The notes beneath the pieces were generated by a model, which worked only from the letters and a program-made list of their open reading frames with translations, was not told where the DNA came from and did no database searches. 64,000 nt of DNA, from assembly GCA_019358915.1 (NCBI GenBank), contig JAHHIM010000019.1, positions 18,703 through 82,702 on the forward strand. Direction: 5' to 3'. The translations under genes were made by a program, and so were the position numbers. The stretch comes from Trichormus sp. ATA11-4-KO1 (lineage in GTDB: Bacteria > Cyanobacteriota > Cyanobacteriia > Cyanobacteriales > Nostocaceae). This document shows, one piece after another, positions 28,500 through 39,085 of the stretch. Each line of letters starts with the position of its first letter. The first letter of the stretch is position 1.

Positions 28500-30173
28500 G
28501 CTGTCTGCTGTATATTAACATCATCAAAAAAGCAATTAACTCAAGACGAAGACGATAAGATTATCAGAGTTTGTGTCAAGAAACAAGCAACGCCACGAGC
28601 ATTAAAAATGTCCTCTTTGTCAAATGTATTGATCATTGTCCAATAAAATATAAGAATAGAATTACGCTTGTGACAGGAAAGATAGCGCACACTCTCTGGT
28701 AAAGACAGTTACACCAACAAGGTGTTCATCAAAACCTGACAATTCAATTCTATAAATGAACTTGAGATATCTACATTCACTCAATCAAGATTTCCCCAAT
28801 TATTTTTGGTAAAAAGCATTTGACCTTTTTTCCCACTCAAGGTAACTAAACATCTTTTGAGATAACATTTGCTTCCAGCTTGCAGAGTGGTACTAGGTAG
28901 GCGCACTATAGTGTATGTCTATATATGGTGAGTTATCACCTCAAAGTACCTACCAACCAGCGATCGCTATGAAGATGAAAGTAGTTTCTTTCCATCTGTC
29001 TAGTTTCATACAACTGGATACTCACCGAGCTAATGACCTCGAGTCCTAGATCAAAGGTGGTGAATTTTTCCCTTTGTTTCCACATATGCTCCGCTTCCTC
29101 TAGCCTAGAGACTAGGAACTATTCATTTGGTACGGACTACCAGCGCCGTTATCTCAATCTGATTGCTTAGGTTGACAAGTCTTGATGATCAAAGAAATAA
29201 GAGAGGGTACAGATGCTTGAGTGTAGATAACCCATTTTTCCCAGCAATTCTTCTTAGAATCAACCACTATTTTCCACAAATTCATTAATTTGATCTTTAG
29301 GGTGTGACTCTTAACTAGGAATGATGAATTACTTTAATCTTTTTCCAGTTGATAATTATTTATCCTGACATATTTCACCAATTAATTGATTTTGTTCCGG
29401 TTTACTTACATCTCGTAGCTTATGGGAAATGGGATTTTCTTGACCTACTTATCTGATTCAACAAGTTGGATTATCTATAAATAGTTTTTTATCCATTGTT
29501 GATTTAGAAGATGTACTAAACTCCTGTATGCAAAATTAGCTGTAAATTTCTTGCTCAATTCCTCCGGAAATTAGACAAAAATCATTTGTTAGCAAGTTCC
29601 ATTTTAAAGGAAAATTTGCTTCCGATTTTTCTGGTAAGGCTATTATAACCGTGATTTTTAGGCTTTAAATAATCTTTATTAAAAGGGTTTTTCCTAGGAC
29701 TTTTATTCTTTATAAAAAAAACATGAAGAAGTAGGAGTATATCTAAATTTTTAGTTAATTATGTTGACAGTTCTTAGAACATGCAGTTTTAAAAAAGCCG
29801 ATTAGAGATGAAAATATCAAAATCAGTGGGTTAAACTGGAGAGAAACTCAATTTTTACCAATTTTTGGTTGAGTATTTAGTGGTTTTCACCAACTTAATC
29901 TTCCTAGAAGGTTACCGTAAAAGCATGAAAATATACGTACTTTATGAAATTTAGATAAAGTACCGTGCTATAATATTAATACCTGGCCAAAATTTGAAAT
30001 GGTAACAAGTGGTAGTGAAAAACCACAGAGCAACACCAAATAACCACAATTTGGGTAAGTGTTTTACTTATAGCAGTTGCCAGATAACTGAGGACATAAA
30101 CTGAAGATAAAACCCGAACACCAAGAGACTTTCAAGCTTGTTCCCTGCTATATCTGTGGTGACTGTGTGAATT

Positions 30174-31811
30174 TTATTCCAATTGAAATTGCGGCATGAG
30201 TTGGAGAGTACCGAGACCTAAATCTTTAGGTGAAAGCGATCGCGCCTCAAACAAAGCCATCATATCTCGCATTTGAGGATTACCACGGGAAGCTCCCGTC
30301 AGTCCTTTGGCAATGATCAAACCACAGTAGCCCTTGGTATTCTTACAGCGCTGATTCCATTTTTTGCGGGCTTCTATATGAGTGGGGTCATCATCTAAAA
30401 ATTCACCGAATAAAAACAATTCATCATTTTGAGTTTGCAACAAACCCAAGTCATAGCGATCGCCATCGAAAGGATCAGCACCTGGATTAAAGCAAATTGC
30501 TTTAAGTCCGCCAGCCGCCTCAATATTTTCAATTACAGTTTTAGCTTTGGGGCGGGAGGTTTGAATTAAAATTACAGGTAATCCGTCACCAACTTTGGGA
30601 ATTTCACCAGCTTGATGATATTTAACTCCTTGACGCAGGAAATCCAGCATTTCCCAAGACATGACTCCCAGACTGAGGAAAGAGTCTTCTGGGATCAAGT
30701 CATCTCGCAAGGAACGAAATACAGGTGAGTTTTGCTCCCCCATCTCTAACTCTGGGACACCAAAACCTGCCATTTCCTCTAATTCTGCTGCCAACTGCGG
30801 CATGGTAGAGACAGTTACGGACACGGATTTAATTGATATTGTCTCTGATTCAGGCAGAGAAATGCGATAGCGACGGCTGAGACTGGGAAAGTTCTCATTC
30901 TGAAGCTGGCGGCGATAATCGCGGATAAAGCGGCTAAGGCTCTCTAGAGCAACGAAGACTGCAAGTGCCTCCTCATCATACAAAACAGACCGCAGTCCTT
31001 CTAAAGGGTGTATATTCCCGAAAGTTGGTTCAATTTCTGATCTGGGTAAATCGACTAAATCATCCTCATCTTCGTCGATGTCGTCCTCATGCTCAAAGGT
31101 GAGAAACAGGCAATCTTGCTTGAGAAAAGCTTCTTCTAAACGCCCTTGTGATTCGTCATCCCGTAAAACTGCTGCCCGAAACTGCTTGAGAGAATCTTCA
31201 GAGCGATAAAACAAAATTCCGTACTCCATCCCCAGCATTCCCATCACTGAGGCGTAGAGTGTACCAACATCCCATTTATTAATCTCTATTGACAAGATTT
31301 GCTGTTCTTCCAAAAATTCCCAAGGTGCTGCTTGCCAAAGTGCCAAGGCTTTATCATGTAAAACTTGTGCATATTGTGGAGGTAAATCGGGAATTTGGCT
31401 ATCGAGGACTTCGCTAAACCCACGAAACAGTTCATCAATCAAGGGCAATTCTGGGGCGTAATCAATGGCAATATCCAAATCTTGCAACACGCCGCGCAAG
31501 TAAAACTGAATTTCCCGGTCTTTGACCACAATTTTTTGGGGTCTGGCGGGTTTACCTGGACTATGGGGATGTTCCATTGCCCGCATTAAAGTGCGAACAA
31601 TTGCTTCCGGCCCTGTTTCGGGGGGTACCACGTCCATTCCGCGTACAACACCTTGTGAACCATCTACCCAAAGAATACATTCACCTTTTGCCTCTGAGTC
31701 TGAATGCTGGGCTGGTGATGATGACATTGGACGGCGATCGCCCTCCCATACAGAAGGAATTTGAGTTAATGTCTTCAATCGACGACTGGTAGAGCGATTA
31801 AAACTTGTCAT
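30174..31811 (-). CDS. Conserved cyanobacterial hypothetical protein (DUF6930-like)
   Basis: 545 aa; WQAAPW and SVMGMLGMEYG..FYRS segments. Domain label is from recall only. Confidence 0.75.
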   Translation of the reverse strand: MTSFNRSTSRRLKTLTQIPSVWEGDRRPMSSSPAQHSDSEAKGECILWVDGSQGVVRGMDVVPPETGPEAIVRTLMRAMEHPHSPGKPARPQKIVVKDREIQFYLRGVLQDLDIAIDYAPELPLIDELFRGFSEVLDSQIPDLPPQYAQVLHDKALALWQAAPWEFLEEQQILSIEINKWDVGTLYASVMGMLGMEYGILFYRSEDSLKQFRAAVLRDDESQGRLEEAFLKQDCLFLTFEHEDDIDEDEDDLVDLPRSEIEPTFGNIHPLEGLRSVLYDEEALAVFVALESLSRFIRDYRRQLQNENFPSLSRRYRISLPESETISIKSVSVTVSTMPQLAAELEEMAGFGVPELEMGEQNSPVFRSLRDDLIPEDSFLSLGVMSWEMLDFLRQGVKYHQAGEIPKVGDGLPVILIQTSRPKAKTVIENIEAAGGLKAICFNPGADPFDGDRYDLGLLQTQNDELFLFGEFLDDDPTHIEARKKWNQRCKNTKGYCGLIIAKGLTGASRGNPQMRDMMALFEARSLSPKDLGLGTLQLMPQFQLE

Positions 31812-32124
31812 AGAGTAAGTTAATCAAAACGAAGCAATTTAGAAGTAAACTATGGGGAATGACTAGCCTCGGATCAAATTTTCCTGGCTATGCCTGAAGA
31901 GTGGTTGCAACTCAGGTTGCCACAAGGCTTAAATTCCCAAAAATCCCGAATCCCTCAATTCTAGAATAAAAATCTTTGGCTACTTTTGACGGAGTGTTTA
32001 CAATTTGGCAACTAGCGATTTGTCAATACCGCTAGAATAAATACAAAAACTGAAGGGCAACCCAAGGGCAATAACAAGCCTAGACAGGTTACTGGTTAGA
32101 CCACTTAAAGGAGTTGAAAAACAA

Positions 32125-32481
32125 ATGACACAAGCAACTCAGTCTCAACAACGTGGAATTCAACTGAGTGAATCCGCCTTGCGCCAAGTCAAATCCTTGC
32201 GGGAAAAGCAAGGCGAAGAACTGTGCTTACGAGTAGGAGTACGTCAAGGTGGTTGTTCTGGGATGTCTTACATGATGGACTTTGAAGACACCAGCAAGAT
32301 CACCCCTCAGGATGAAGTTTTTGACTATGATGGCTTCAAAATTGTTTGTGATGGCAAAAGCTTATTATATCTCTATGGCTTAATGCTCGATTACAGCGAT
32401 GCCATGATTGGTGGTGGCTTTCAATTTACGAACCCCAATGCAGCTCAAACCTGTGGTTGCGGCAAGTCATTTGGAGTGTAA
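32125..32481 (+). CDS. iscA: Fe-S cluster assembly accessory protein (IscA/SufA/HesB family)
   Basis: GGCSGMSY and [12 protein letters not shown]. Confidence 0.92.
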   Translation: MTQATQSQQRGIQLSESALRQVKSLREKQGEELCLRVGVRQGGCSGMSYMMDFEDTSKITPQDEVFDYDGFKIVCDGKSLLYLYGLMLDYSDAMIGGGFQFTNPNAAQTCGCGKSFGV

Positions 32482-32553
32482 GATTGTCAGTGGTCAGTTG
32501 TCAGTTGCTATTGACGACTGACTATTGACTATATGATTATTAACTAATTTACT

Positions 32554-32976
32554 ATGGCTCAAACAGTTGAGTTCCTGTTTGATACAGGTTTAGAACGCTA
32601 CAAAGCTGGCGAAGCAGCAGAATCTTTAATCCCTGTATTTAAAGAAGTGTGCGATCGCGCTCCGAAAACTAGTTCAGCGTGGATTTGTTTAGCTTGGTTG
32701 TATTTGCTGGAGAACAAACCCAACTTGGCTTACAAAGCAGCACAGAAAGCAGTAAAGTTAAATCCACAAGATCCACAAGCTAGGATTAATCTCGCCTTAG
32801 CAATGCTAGAAACAGGTCAAAAGGGTTTGCGACAACACATTGATTTTGTCAAACAGCTAATTTTTGTCAGCCCAGAAGTTCAAGATGAAATCAAAGATAG
32901 CATTGCCGACGGTTTAAATAGAAAACCAGATTGGCAGAGTTTGGCGAAAGTTAAAACTTGGCTATTTGAAGAATAA
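32554..32976 (+). CDS. TPR-containing protein
   Basis: AWICLAWLYL...A.KA.QKAVKLNPQDPQARINLA TPR pattern. Confidence 0.85.
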   Translation: MAQTVEFLFDTGLERYKAGEAAESLIPVFKEVCDRAPKTSSAWICLAWLYLLENKPNLAYKAAQKAVKLNPQDPQARINLALAMLETGQKGLRQHIDFVKQLIFVSPEVQDEIKDSIADGLNRKPDWQSLAKVKTWLFEE

Positions 32977-33054
32977 TTAAAGTTTATTGGGGAGTAGATG
33001 CACAGAAGTAGAGGATAAAGAAGAAATAACTTGACTTCTACTCCCTACTCCCTG

Positions 33055-33297
33055 ATGAAAGATAAATTATTAAACTGGCTAAATTTGATTTTAGTTGCTG
33101 ATGTATTCTTAGTGTTATTAGGCTTTGGTTGGTTAGCGATCGCAGCGATGGGTGATGCTGCGGGAGTAAATCTGGGTTTAGATTTATGGCATCAACTTTG
33201 GATGCCTGTATTTAACCCAGCAATTGGTATCCTTATGGGTGGCGCTATTCTTAGCGGTTTGATTAGTTGGGTATCTCGCAAATTTTCGGCTGATTAA
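33055..33297 (+). CDS. Small two-TM hypothetical membrane protein
   Basis: Two hydrophobic helices; ATG 33055 preferred to TTG 33031. Confidence 0.7.
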   Translation: MKDKLLNWLNLILVADVFLVLLGFGWLAIAAMGDAAGVNLGLDLWHQLWMPVFNPAIGILMGGAILSGLISWVSRKFSAD

Positions 33298-33303
33298 AGG
33301 TAT

Positions 33304-33531
33304 GTAGTGAGTTAGCGCGGTCTTGGGGGTTTCACGCCACTTCCTTCAACGGGGGTTCCCCCCGCAACGGAGTGGCTCCCCCGCCGCAGGATGCGCGCAG
33401 CGCTGTAGTGGAGCAAGTGGCGTGGTTTCCCCCATGAGCGACTAACGTAAAGCCCTGACGGGCATAGCTGCGCGGTAAGCGCAGCGTGCCGGAGGCATTA
33501 CCCGTAGGGTAAGGACTTCAGTCCTCACTAC
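33304..33531. repeat. Nested cluster of small dispersed palindromic repeats
   Basis: GC-rich island with concentric inverted repeats: GTAGTGAG/CTCACTAC, GTTAG/CTAAC and CACGCCACTT/AAGTGGCGTG. Confidence 0.8.
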
Positions 33532-33549
33532 GAGCTAATAAAAATTATT

Positions 33550-34470
33550 CTAGTTAAGAATTTGTGTGAGCGCTGATGGCAAATGAGGATATTGATACTC
33601 AAAGCCTGCTTCTAAGGTACGCTGAGGAAGCACTTGTTGACCTTCTAAAACTACCATCGCCCCATCTCCCAACAGAGCTTCTAGAGCAAAAGCTGGTACA
33701 GGTAACCAGGAAGGGCGATGCATCACTTCCCCCAAAGTTTGGCTTAAATTTACCATACGTACTGGGTTAGGGGCAGTGGCATTATATACGCCTTCCATTT
33801 CTGGTTTAGTTAAAGCTTGCAGAATCAGGCTGACTAAGTCGTCTAAGTGAATCCATGAAAACCACTGCCGACCGCTACCAATAGGCCCACCAGCAAACAG
33901 TTTGAACGGTGTAATCATTTTGCCTAAAGCACCACCATTGCCCAGGACAATGCCGAAACGCAGAATTACAAGACGCACACCAGCATCTTTAACTTTTTGT
34001 GCTTCTGCTTCCCAAGCTTGGCATACTTGGGCGAGAAAATCATTACCAGATGAACTCGTTTCATCAAAGGTAGCGGTTTCGCTAGTGCCATAGTAGCCAA
34101 TAGCTGAAGCATTGACTAACACACTGGGGCGAGGATTAGCCTTGGTTATAGCTTCAACTATTTTCTGTGTGCCTAGCTGGCGACTATTGAGGATTTTCTG
34201 CTTTTGTGCTGGTGTCCAGCGTTCCTCAGCAATGGGTTCTCCTGCCAAATTAACCACACCATCACAACCCGCGATCGCCTCTTGCCAAGAACCAGATACT
34301 GTCGGTGTATAAGCAACAATTTCTACATGAGAAAAAGCCCCAGGGGGAAAAACCTTTTGGGCAAAGGTAGTGTTACGGGTTAACACCAGTACTCTATTAC
34401 CATCCTTGTGGAGTCGTTCTACCAAACGACTACCGACAAATCCCGTTGCTCCAGTAATTGCTACCTTCAT
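33550..34470 (-). CDS. thyD: TIGR01777-family NAD-dependent epimerase-like protein (ThyD/SulA-like)
   Basis: MKVAITGATGFVG, VNLAGEPIAEERW, SAIGYYG and GSGRQWFSWIH. Confidence 0.85.
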   Translation of the reverse strand: MKVAITGATGFVGSRLVERLHKDGNRVLVLTRNTTFAQKVFPPGAFSHVEIVAYTPTVSGSWQEAIAGCDGVVNLAGEPIAEERWTPAQKQKILNSRQLGTQKIVEAITKANPRPSVLVNASAIGYYGTSETATFDETSSSGNDFLAQVCQAWEAEAQKVKDAGVRLVILRFGIVLGNGGALGKMITPFKLFAGGPIGSGRQWFSWIHLDDLVSLILQALTKPEMEGVYNATAPNPVRMVNLSQTLGEVMHRPSWLPVPAFALEALLGDGAMVVLEGQQVLPQRTLEAGFEYQYPHLPSALTQILN

Positions 34471-34643
34471 CTGCACCTCCACCAAACCCTTATTTTAAAG
34501 TCTTTTAGCGAATTTTTAACTGGCATTACCTTCCTCTGGGGTGATAGCAAAATTTTAGTTCTTTAAATGAATCTATAATGATTTACCGTTTCGATGCTTC
34601 GATATTATAGGATGAACGGAGTGTTGTAAGGGGTGGGGCTACT

Positions 34644-34991
34644 ATGGCTCGCTATACCTGTTCATTTACTCTTGCTGTTCCTATTGGTCATCTCCAGCCA
34701 TTACTTGTAGAACTTTTACAAGATTGTGATTTGGAGATTCAATATTACACAGCTGATTACATTATGGCGCGGGAAATTCCTGGTAATGTTTCTTTCTCCA
34801 AGTTGGTCAAAGTAGAAGCACTGATTGAGAGATCAAGTGCTACCGAAACGGAAACTCGGATGAGTATTGTGATGAAAAATGAGGAACTGCCACTACAACT
34901 TGATAATCATTGCCGACAAATGTTTGAATTCATCAAACAGACGATTGAAGATTGTCGCCATTGGCATTTGATTGAAAGTTTTGCTAGTTGA
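34644..34991 (+). CDS. Conserved hypothetical protein
   Basis: 115 aa with ATG start; VMKNEELPLQLDNHC segment; no function recognised. Confidence 0.7.
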   Translation: MARYTCSFTLAVPIGHLQPLLVELLQDCDLEIQYYTADYIMAREIPGNVSFSKLVKVEALIERSSATETETRMSIVMKNEELPLQLDNHCRQMFEFIKQTIEDCRHWHLIESFAS

Positions 34992-35243
34992 TAGTTTCCA
35001 CTCTGTAGCGGTTTTGCGTAAGTTATATCTGCTTGTAGTCTAAGTTTGAGCATAGCCCTACGGACATGGCCGCGCGCAAGCGATCGCGCCATGCACCGCA
35101 AAGTCAAAATGGTGCGTTATGATGTAACGTCTAACGCACGCCACTACAACTATGGGATAATTGTTTTTTTGGTATGTCGCCAAGCTACCTCTAGCCAAAA
35201 GCAAGCCAGTCAATAATCAAAACCTACCTGGGTGGGTATGTTT

Positions 35244-35750
35244 TCATTCTTCAATATCTTCATCTTCGGTCATGCCGGGATTGATGAGTGTAATATCATA
35301 CTCGCTGGCATCCGTTTGTCCAGATCGCTGAGTATTTTTTAATAGATAATAGATAGCACGTACCTGAGGGCCAAAAACGATCTCATCTTCATTTTTCAGG
35401 TCGTGAGCCGGCATCTTACGCCCGTTAATCATCAAACCGTTGGCACTAGACTTTCCTTTAGCATCACCATCTACAATCCGGTAATAATAGCTTTGACTGT
35501 TCTGCTCTCGTGGCAATCTCACTAATGTGGCATGGCGACGCGAGACAAACTGAGACACCAAGCGGATATTGCACTCGCGGTCTCTGCCAAGGGAGTAAAC
35601 GGGGTGTTCCAGAGAAAATTCTTTGCGACCTTGATCGTCTTCAAGTATTAGGAGATGACTTTCATGAGTTTCAGTTGCCATTGATACATCGTTGCCACAA
35701 TCGCTAGAAGTGTGATTAATTAAGATTTGTTTAGTATCGTTTCCTGCCAT
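35244..35750 (-). CDS. FHA domain protein
   Basis: LGRD, VSRRHA and SANGLMING FHA motifs. Confidence 0.9.
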   Translation of the reverse strand: MAGNDTKQILINHTSSDCGNDVSMATETHESHLLILEDDQGRKEFSLEHPVYSLGRDRECNIRLVSQFVSRRHATLVRLPREQNSQSYYYRIVDGDAKGKSSANGLMINGRKMPAHDLKNEDEIVFGPQVRAIYYLLKNTQRSGQTDASEYDITLINPGMTEDEDIEE

Positions 35751-35947
35751 TCTCGCGCACTACAGTCTGTGGTAATGAATTTGAGAAAAAATAAAATTGC
35801 GTATTTACTGGTAAGAGTAGAACATAGCTGTTCTACTCCGTGATTACCGTGGCTCCACAAGGAGTCTCAATAGCCTTTGTGAAGATGGGTAATACCTAAC
35901 TATCGATTTAGTTTAACCTGAGATGGCAATGTCTCCCATAGGAGTTT

Positions 35948-38437
35948 TTACAAACGATGAGCTAACCGCCGCAATAAAATTGAGTTAGTGACAACACTAA
36001 CAGAACTAAAAGCCATTAATGCAGCAGCCCCAGATGGGCTAAGGACAAAACCTACGCTAGGTAACAAAACACCTGCTGCTAAAGGAATGCCGATTGTATT
36101 GTATGCAAAAGCCCAAAATAAATTTTGGCGAATTTTGTTGAAGGTAGCCCGACTCAGTTGAATTGATGCCACAACGTCATGTAAGCGATCGCGCATCAAA
36201 ACAATTTCGGCTGTTTCCATTGCTACATCTGTCCCGGAATATAGAGCAATGCCGACATCTGCCTGTGATAAAGCTGGAGCATCATTGATGCCATCCCCAA
36301 CCATGGCCACAACTTTTCTGAGTGCTGAGTGCGCTTGTCCTGAGCGAAGTCGAAGGGGAGTGCTGAGTGCTGAGTAAGGAATTCTGATATCTCCCGTTTC
36401 CCGTTGTCCCGTTGTCCCCTCCATTTGGAGAGATTTGATCACATCGGCTTTTTTTGCTGGGAGAACACCTGCGATCGCATCAGTGCTATCTAGTCCTAGT
36501 TGTTTAGCTATAGCACTAGCTGCTTCTAATCTATCGCCACTGAGCAGCATGACCCGTAAACCCATCTGACGTAACTTGTCCACTGTGGCTTGAGCATCGG
36601 GTCTGAGGGGATCTTGCACAGCAATTAGTCCGGCTAAAGTTCCCCCAACGGCTACGCCAACAACTGTTTTACCTTCTACTGCTAGTTTCTGGGCTACTTG
36701 TTGTGCGGCTGCACTTAGAGCAATGCCGTGTCTACTCAACCAATCCCAATTCCCCAACAACACAGATGTTCCCTCGATGATCGCAGATACACCAAGTCCG
36801 GGTTCCGTGTGAAAGTCCACAGCATCAGGAATAAATAGCTGTTGCTCTTTAGCTGCTTGCTGAATCGCTTTGGCTAGGGGATGGTAAGTGCCGCTTTCTA
36901 CGGCGGCGGCGAGTTGGAGTAGGGAGTAGGGTTCGCCATTACCTAATTCTGCAATCGTTAAACAATCGGTAACTGTGGGATTACCTGTAGTCAGTGTGCC
37001 TGTTTTGTCAAATACAACTGTGTCTAGCTGGTTTACTCTCTCCAATACGTCACCACCTTTGATCAATAGACCTTTTTCTGCGCCTATGCCAGTTCCTACG
37101 AGAATTGCGGTGGGTGTGGCCAGTCCCAACGCACAAGGACAAGCGACAACCATCACGGCGATCGCTAATTTTAAGCTGGTGAGGAGTGGTGAGTGGTGAG
37201 TAGGGAGTGGGGAGTAGTGAGCCATTTCCATGCCACTTGAGATAGTGACATCAGTCCAGAGATGAGTGCCAAAAAAGTACCAGAAAACGAATGTCAACAC
37301 CGAGGCTGTCAACACACCGTAAGTAAAGTAACCGGCTACTGTATCAGCTAATTTTTGGACTGGGGCTTTCCGGGTTTGGGCCGTTTCTACTAAGGCAACG
37401 ATGTGAGCCAACGTTGTATCACTGCCGGTACGCGTTGCTTGGATGGCGATCGCACCTGATTGGTTGAGGGTACCTGCGGCTACCATATCTCCTGGTTGCT
37501 TAATTATTGGCACTGCTTCCCCAGTGAGCATTGACTCATTCACTGTTGTCTGGCCAAAGCGAACTTCACCATCAACGGGGATTTTATCTCCAGGTAGCAC
37601 CTGCAACCATTCACCCACACGTACCTGTTCAGCAGGAATCTCGACAATATTTGACCCCAAGCCTAATTTTTCTACGTCTGGGTTGGGGATCAATCGCGCT
37701 ACCTGTGGTTGGAGTGCTAGTAATTCTCTAAATGCAACTGCGGCTCGGCCTCTGGCTTGTTGCTCTAAAGTTCTACCCAGGATGATAAAACCTAGCATCA
37801 TCACTGGTTCGTCAAAGAAACACTCCCAACTCATTTGGGGAAACAGTAGTGCGACTAAACTTGCAGTGTAGGCTGTCAGCGCTCCCAATCCCACTAAGGT
37901 ATTCATGTTAGGGGCATTTCGCCGCCAACCCCGCCAGCCATCGACTACAATCGGGCGACCGGGAATTAAGAGTGTCACTGTTGCTAGTCCACAATGAAAC
38001 CAAATGTTGTTCAATACTGGCAATACAGGCCCACCAATATTGCCAAAATGTCCAATTCCTGACAACACCAACAGCACCCCAGCAATGATTAACTGCTGGA
38101 GTGAAGAACGCATTTCTCGGCGTTGGCGTTCTCCTGGATCTGCTAGATGAGATTCACCAGTTAGTTGATTGTTAGCTTTGCGGGGCTGAGTTGGGAATCC
38201 AGCTGTTGTCAATCGCTTTGCCAGTGCATCTGGATCTACCACACCAGTTTCCGACTCTACGACTGCTACTTCTGTAGCCAGATTCACACAGGCACTCTTG
38301 ACTCCTGGATGTTGAGTTAGCTGTCGCTCTACAGCGCTTACACATCCAGCACATTTCATGCCCCCAACATCGAGGATAATTTTCTCTGAGGTAGGAGTTG
38401 GTTCCGGAGTAAGCTTGGTTTTCGGGGCAAGTTGCAT
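35948..38437 (-). CDS. ctaA: P1B-type Cu(I)-transporting ATPase (CtaA-like)
   Basis: GMKCAGC metal-binding domain, TGE, CPC, DKTGT, HP, GDGINDAP, YN and MxxSS motifs. Confidence 0.85.
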   Translation of the reverse strand: MQLAPKTKLTPEPTPTSEKIILDVGGMKCAGCVSAVERQLTQHPGVKSACVNLATEVAVVESETGVVDPDALAKRLTTAGFPTQPRKANNQLTGESHLADPGERQRREMRSSLQQLIIAGVLLVLSGIGHFGNIGGPVLPVLNNIWFHCGLATVTLLIPGRPIVVDGWRGWRRNAPNMNTLVGLGALTAYTASLVALLFPQMSWECFFDEPVMMLGFIILGRTLEQQARGRAAVAFRELLALQPQVARLIPNPDVEKLGLGSNIVEIPAEQVRVGEWLQVLPGDKIPVDGEVRFGQTTVNESMLTGEAVPIIKQPGDMVAAGTLNQSGAIAIQATRTGSDTTLAHIVALVETAQTRKAPVQKLADTVAGYFTYGVLTASVLTFVFWYFFGTHLWTDVTISSGMEMAHYSPLPTHHSPLLTSLKLAIAVMVVACPCALGLATPTAILVGTGIGAEKGLLIKGGDVLERVNQLDTVVFDKTGTLTTGNPTVTDCLTIAELGNGEPYSLLQLAAAVESGTYHPLAKAIQQAAKEQQLFIPDAVDFHTEPGLGVSAIIEGTSVLLGNWDWLSRHGIALSAAAQQVAQKLAVEGKTVVGVAVGGTLAGLIAVQDPLRPDAQATVDKLRQMGLRVMLLSGDRLEAASAIAKQLGLDSTDAIAGVLPAKKADVIKSLQMEGTTGQRETGDIRIPYSALSTPLRLRSGQAHSALRKVVAMVGDGINDAPALSQADVGIALYSGTDVAMETAEIVLMRDRLHDVVASIQLSRATFNKIRQNLFWAFAYNTIGIPLAAGVLLPSVGFVLSPSGAAALMAFSSVSVVTNSILLRRLAHRL

Positions 38438-38809
38438 GACAAGTGTTAGATTCGCTATGAAAATTCAACGCCTCTCTCAAAGCGTCTCTAATTCGAGCGT
38501 AGGCGAAATTCGGAATTATGACTGAATGTCATAGTATTAACTTTATTAAATTATGGCACTTTGCTGAATCTCAACTTTGGTTCCAGCGTAGGTAAGTCAT
38601 GTAGATCACAGATCCCAACTGGACTGGCATGATGGCAATTAGGCTTTTCAAAAAATAATTCATGTCTAAACTAGACATAACGCTGAAGTAGCCCATACCT
38701 ACCAGTATTAGCATCGCCCATGTGAGATATTTACGTTTGATGTTTAGCATATTAGTTGAAATAAATTACAAGTATGCACCCAGGACTTATAGTTGAAAAT
38801 TCAGAAGTT

Positions 38810-39085
38810 TTAGAACCAGCCTTGCTTATTCACAAGGTAAGTATCTACAAATTCTTCTGGGGACTTGTTCAGGTAAATCATGCCTTCAATCAAACCTACA
38901 AGCTGCATGATTAACAAACTCACACCGTAGGTAAAGGAACCTCCAATTAAGGAGATAACCAGCATAATGAAGCCTTCTGGGGCATATCCGAGAATAAACT
39001 TATGAACACCAAACCCTCCGAAAATAATCCCGCAATAACCAGCTAAAAGCTGTTTAGTAGGTTGACTAGGATTGAGATTTGCCAT
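38810..39085 (-). CDS. TM2 domain membrane protein
   Basis: GIIFGGFGVHKFILGY...GLIEGMIYL. Confidence 0.85.
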   Translation of the reverse strand: MANLNPSQPTKQLLAGYCGIIFGGFGVHKFILGYAPEGFIMLVISLIGGSFTYGVSLLIMQLVGLIEGMIYLNKSPEEFVDTYLVNKQGWF

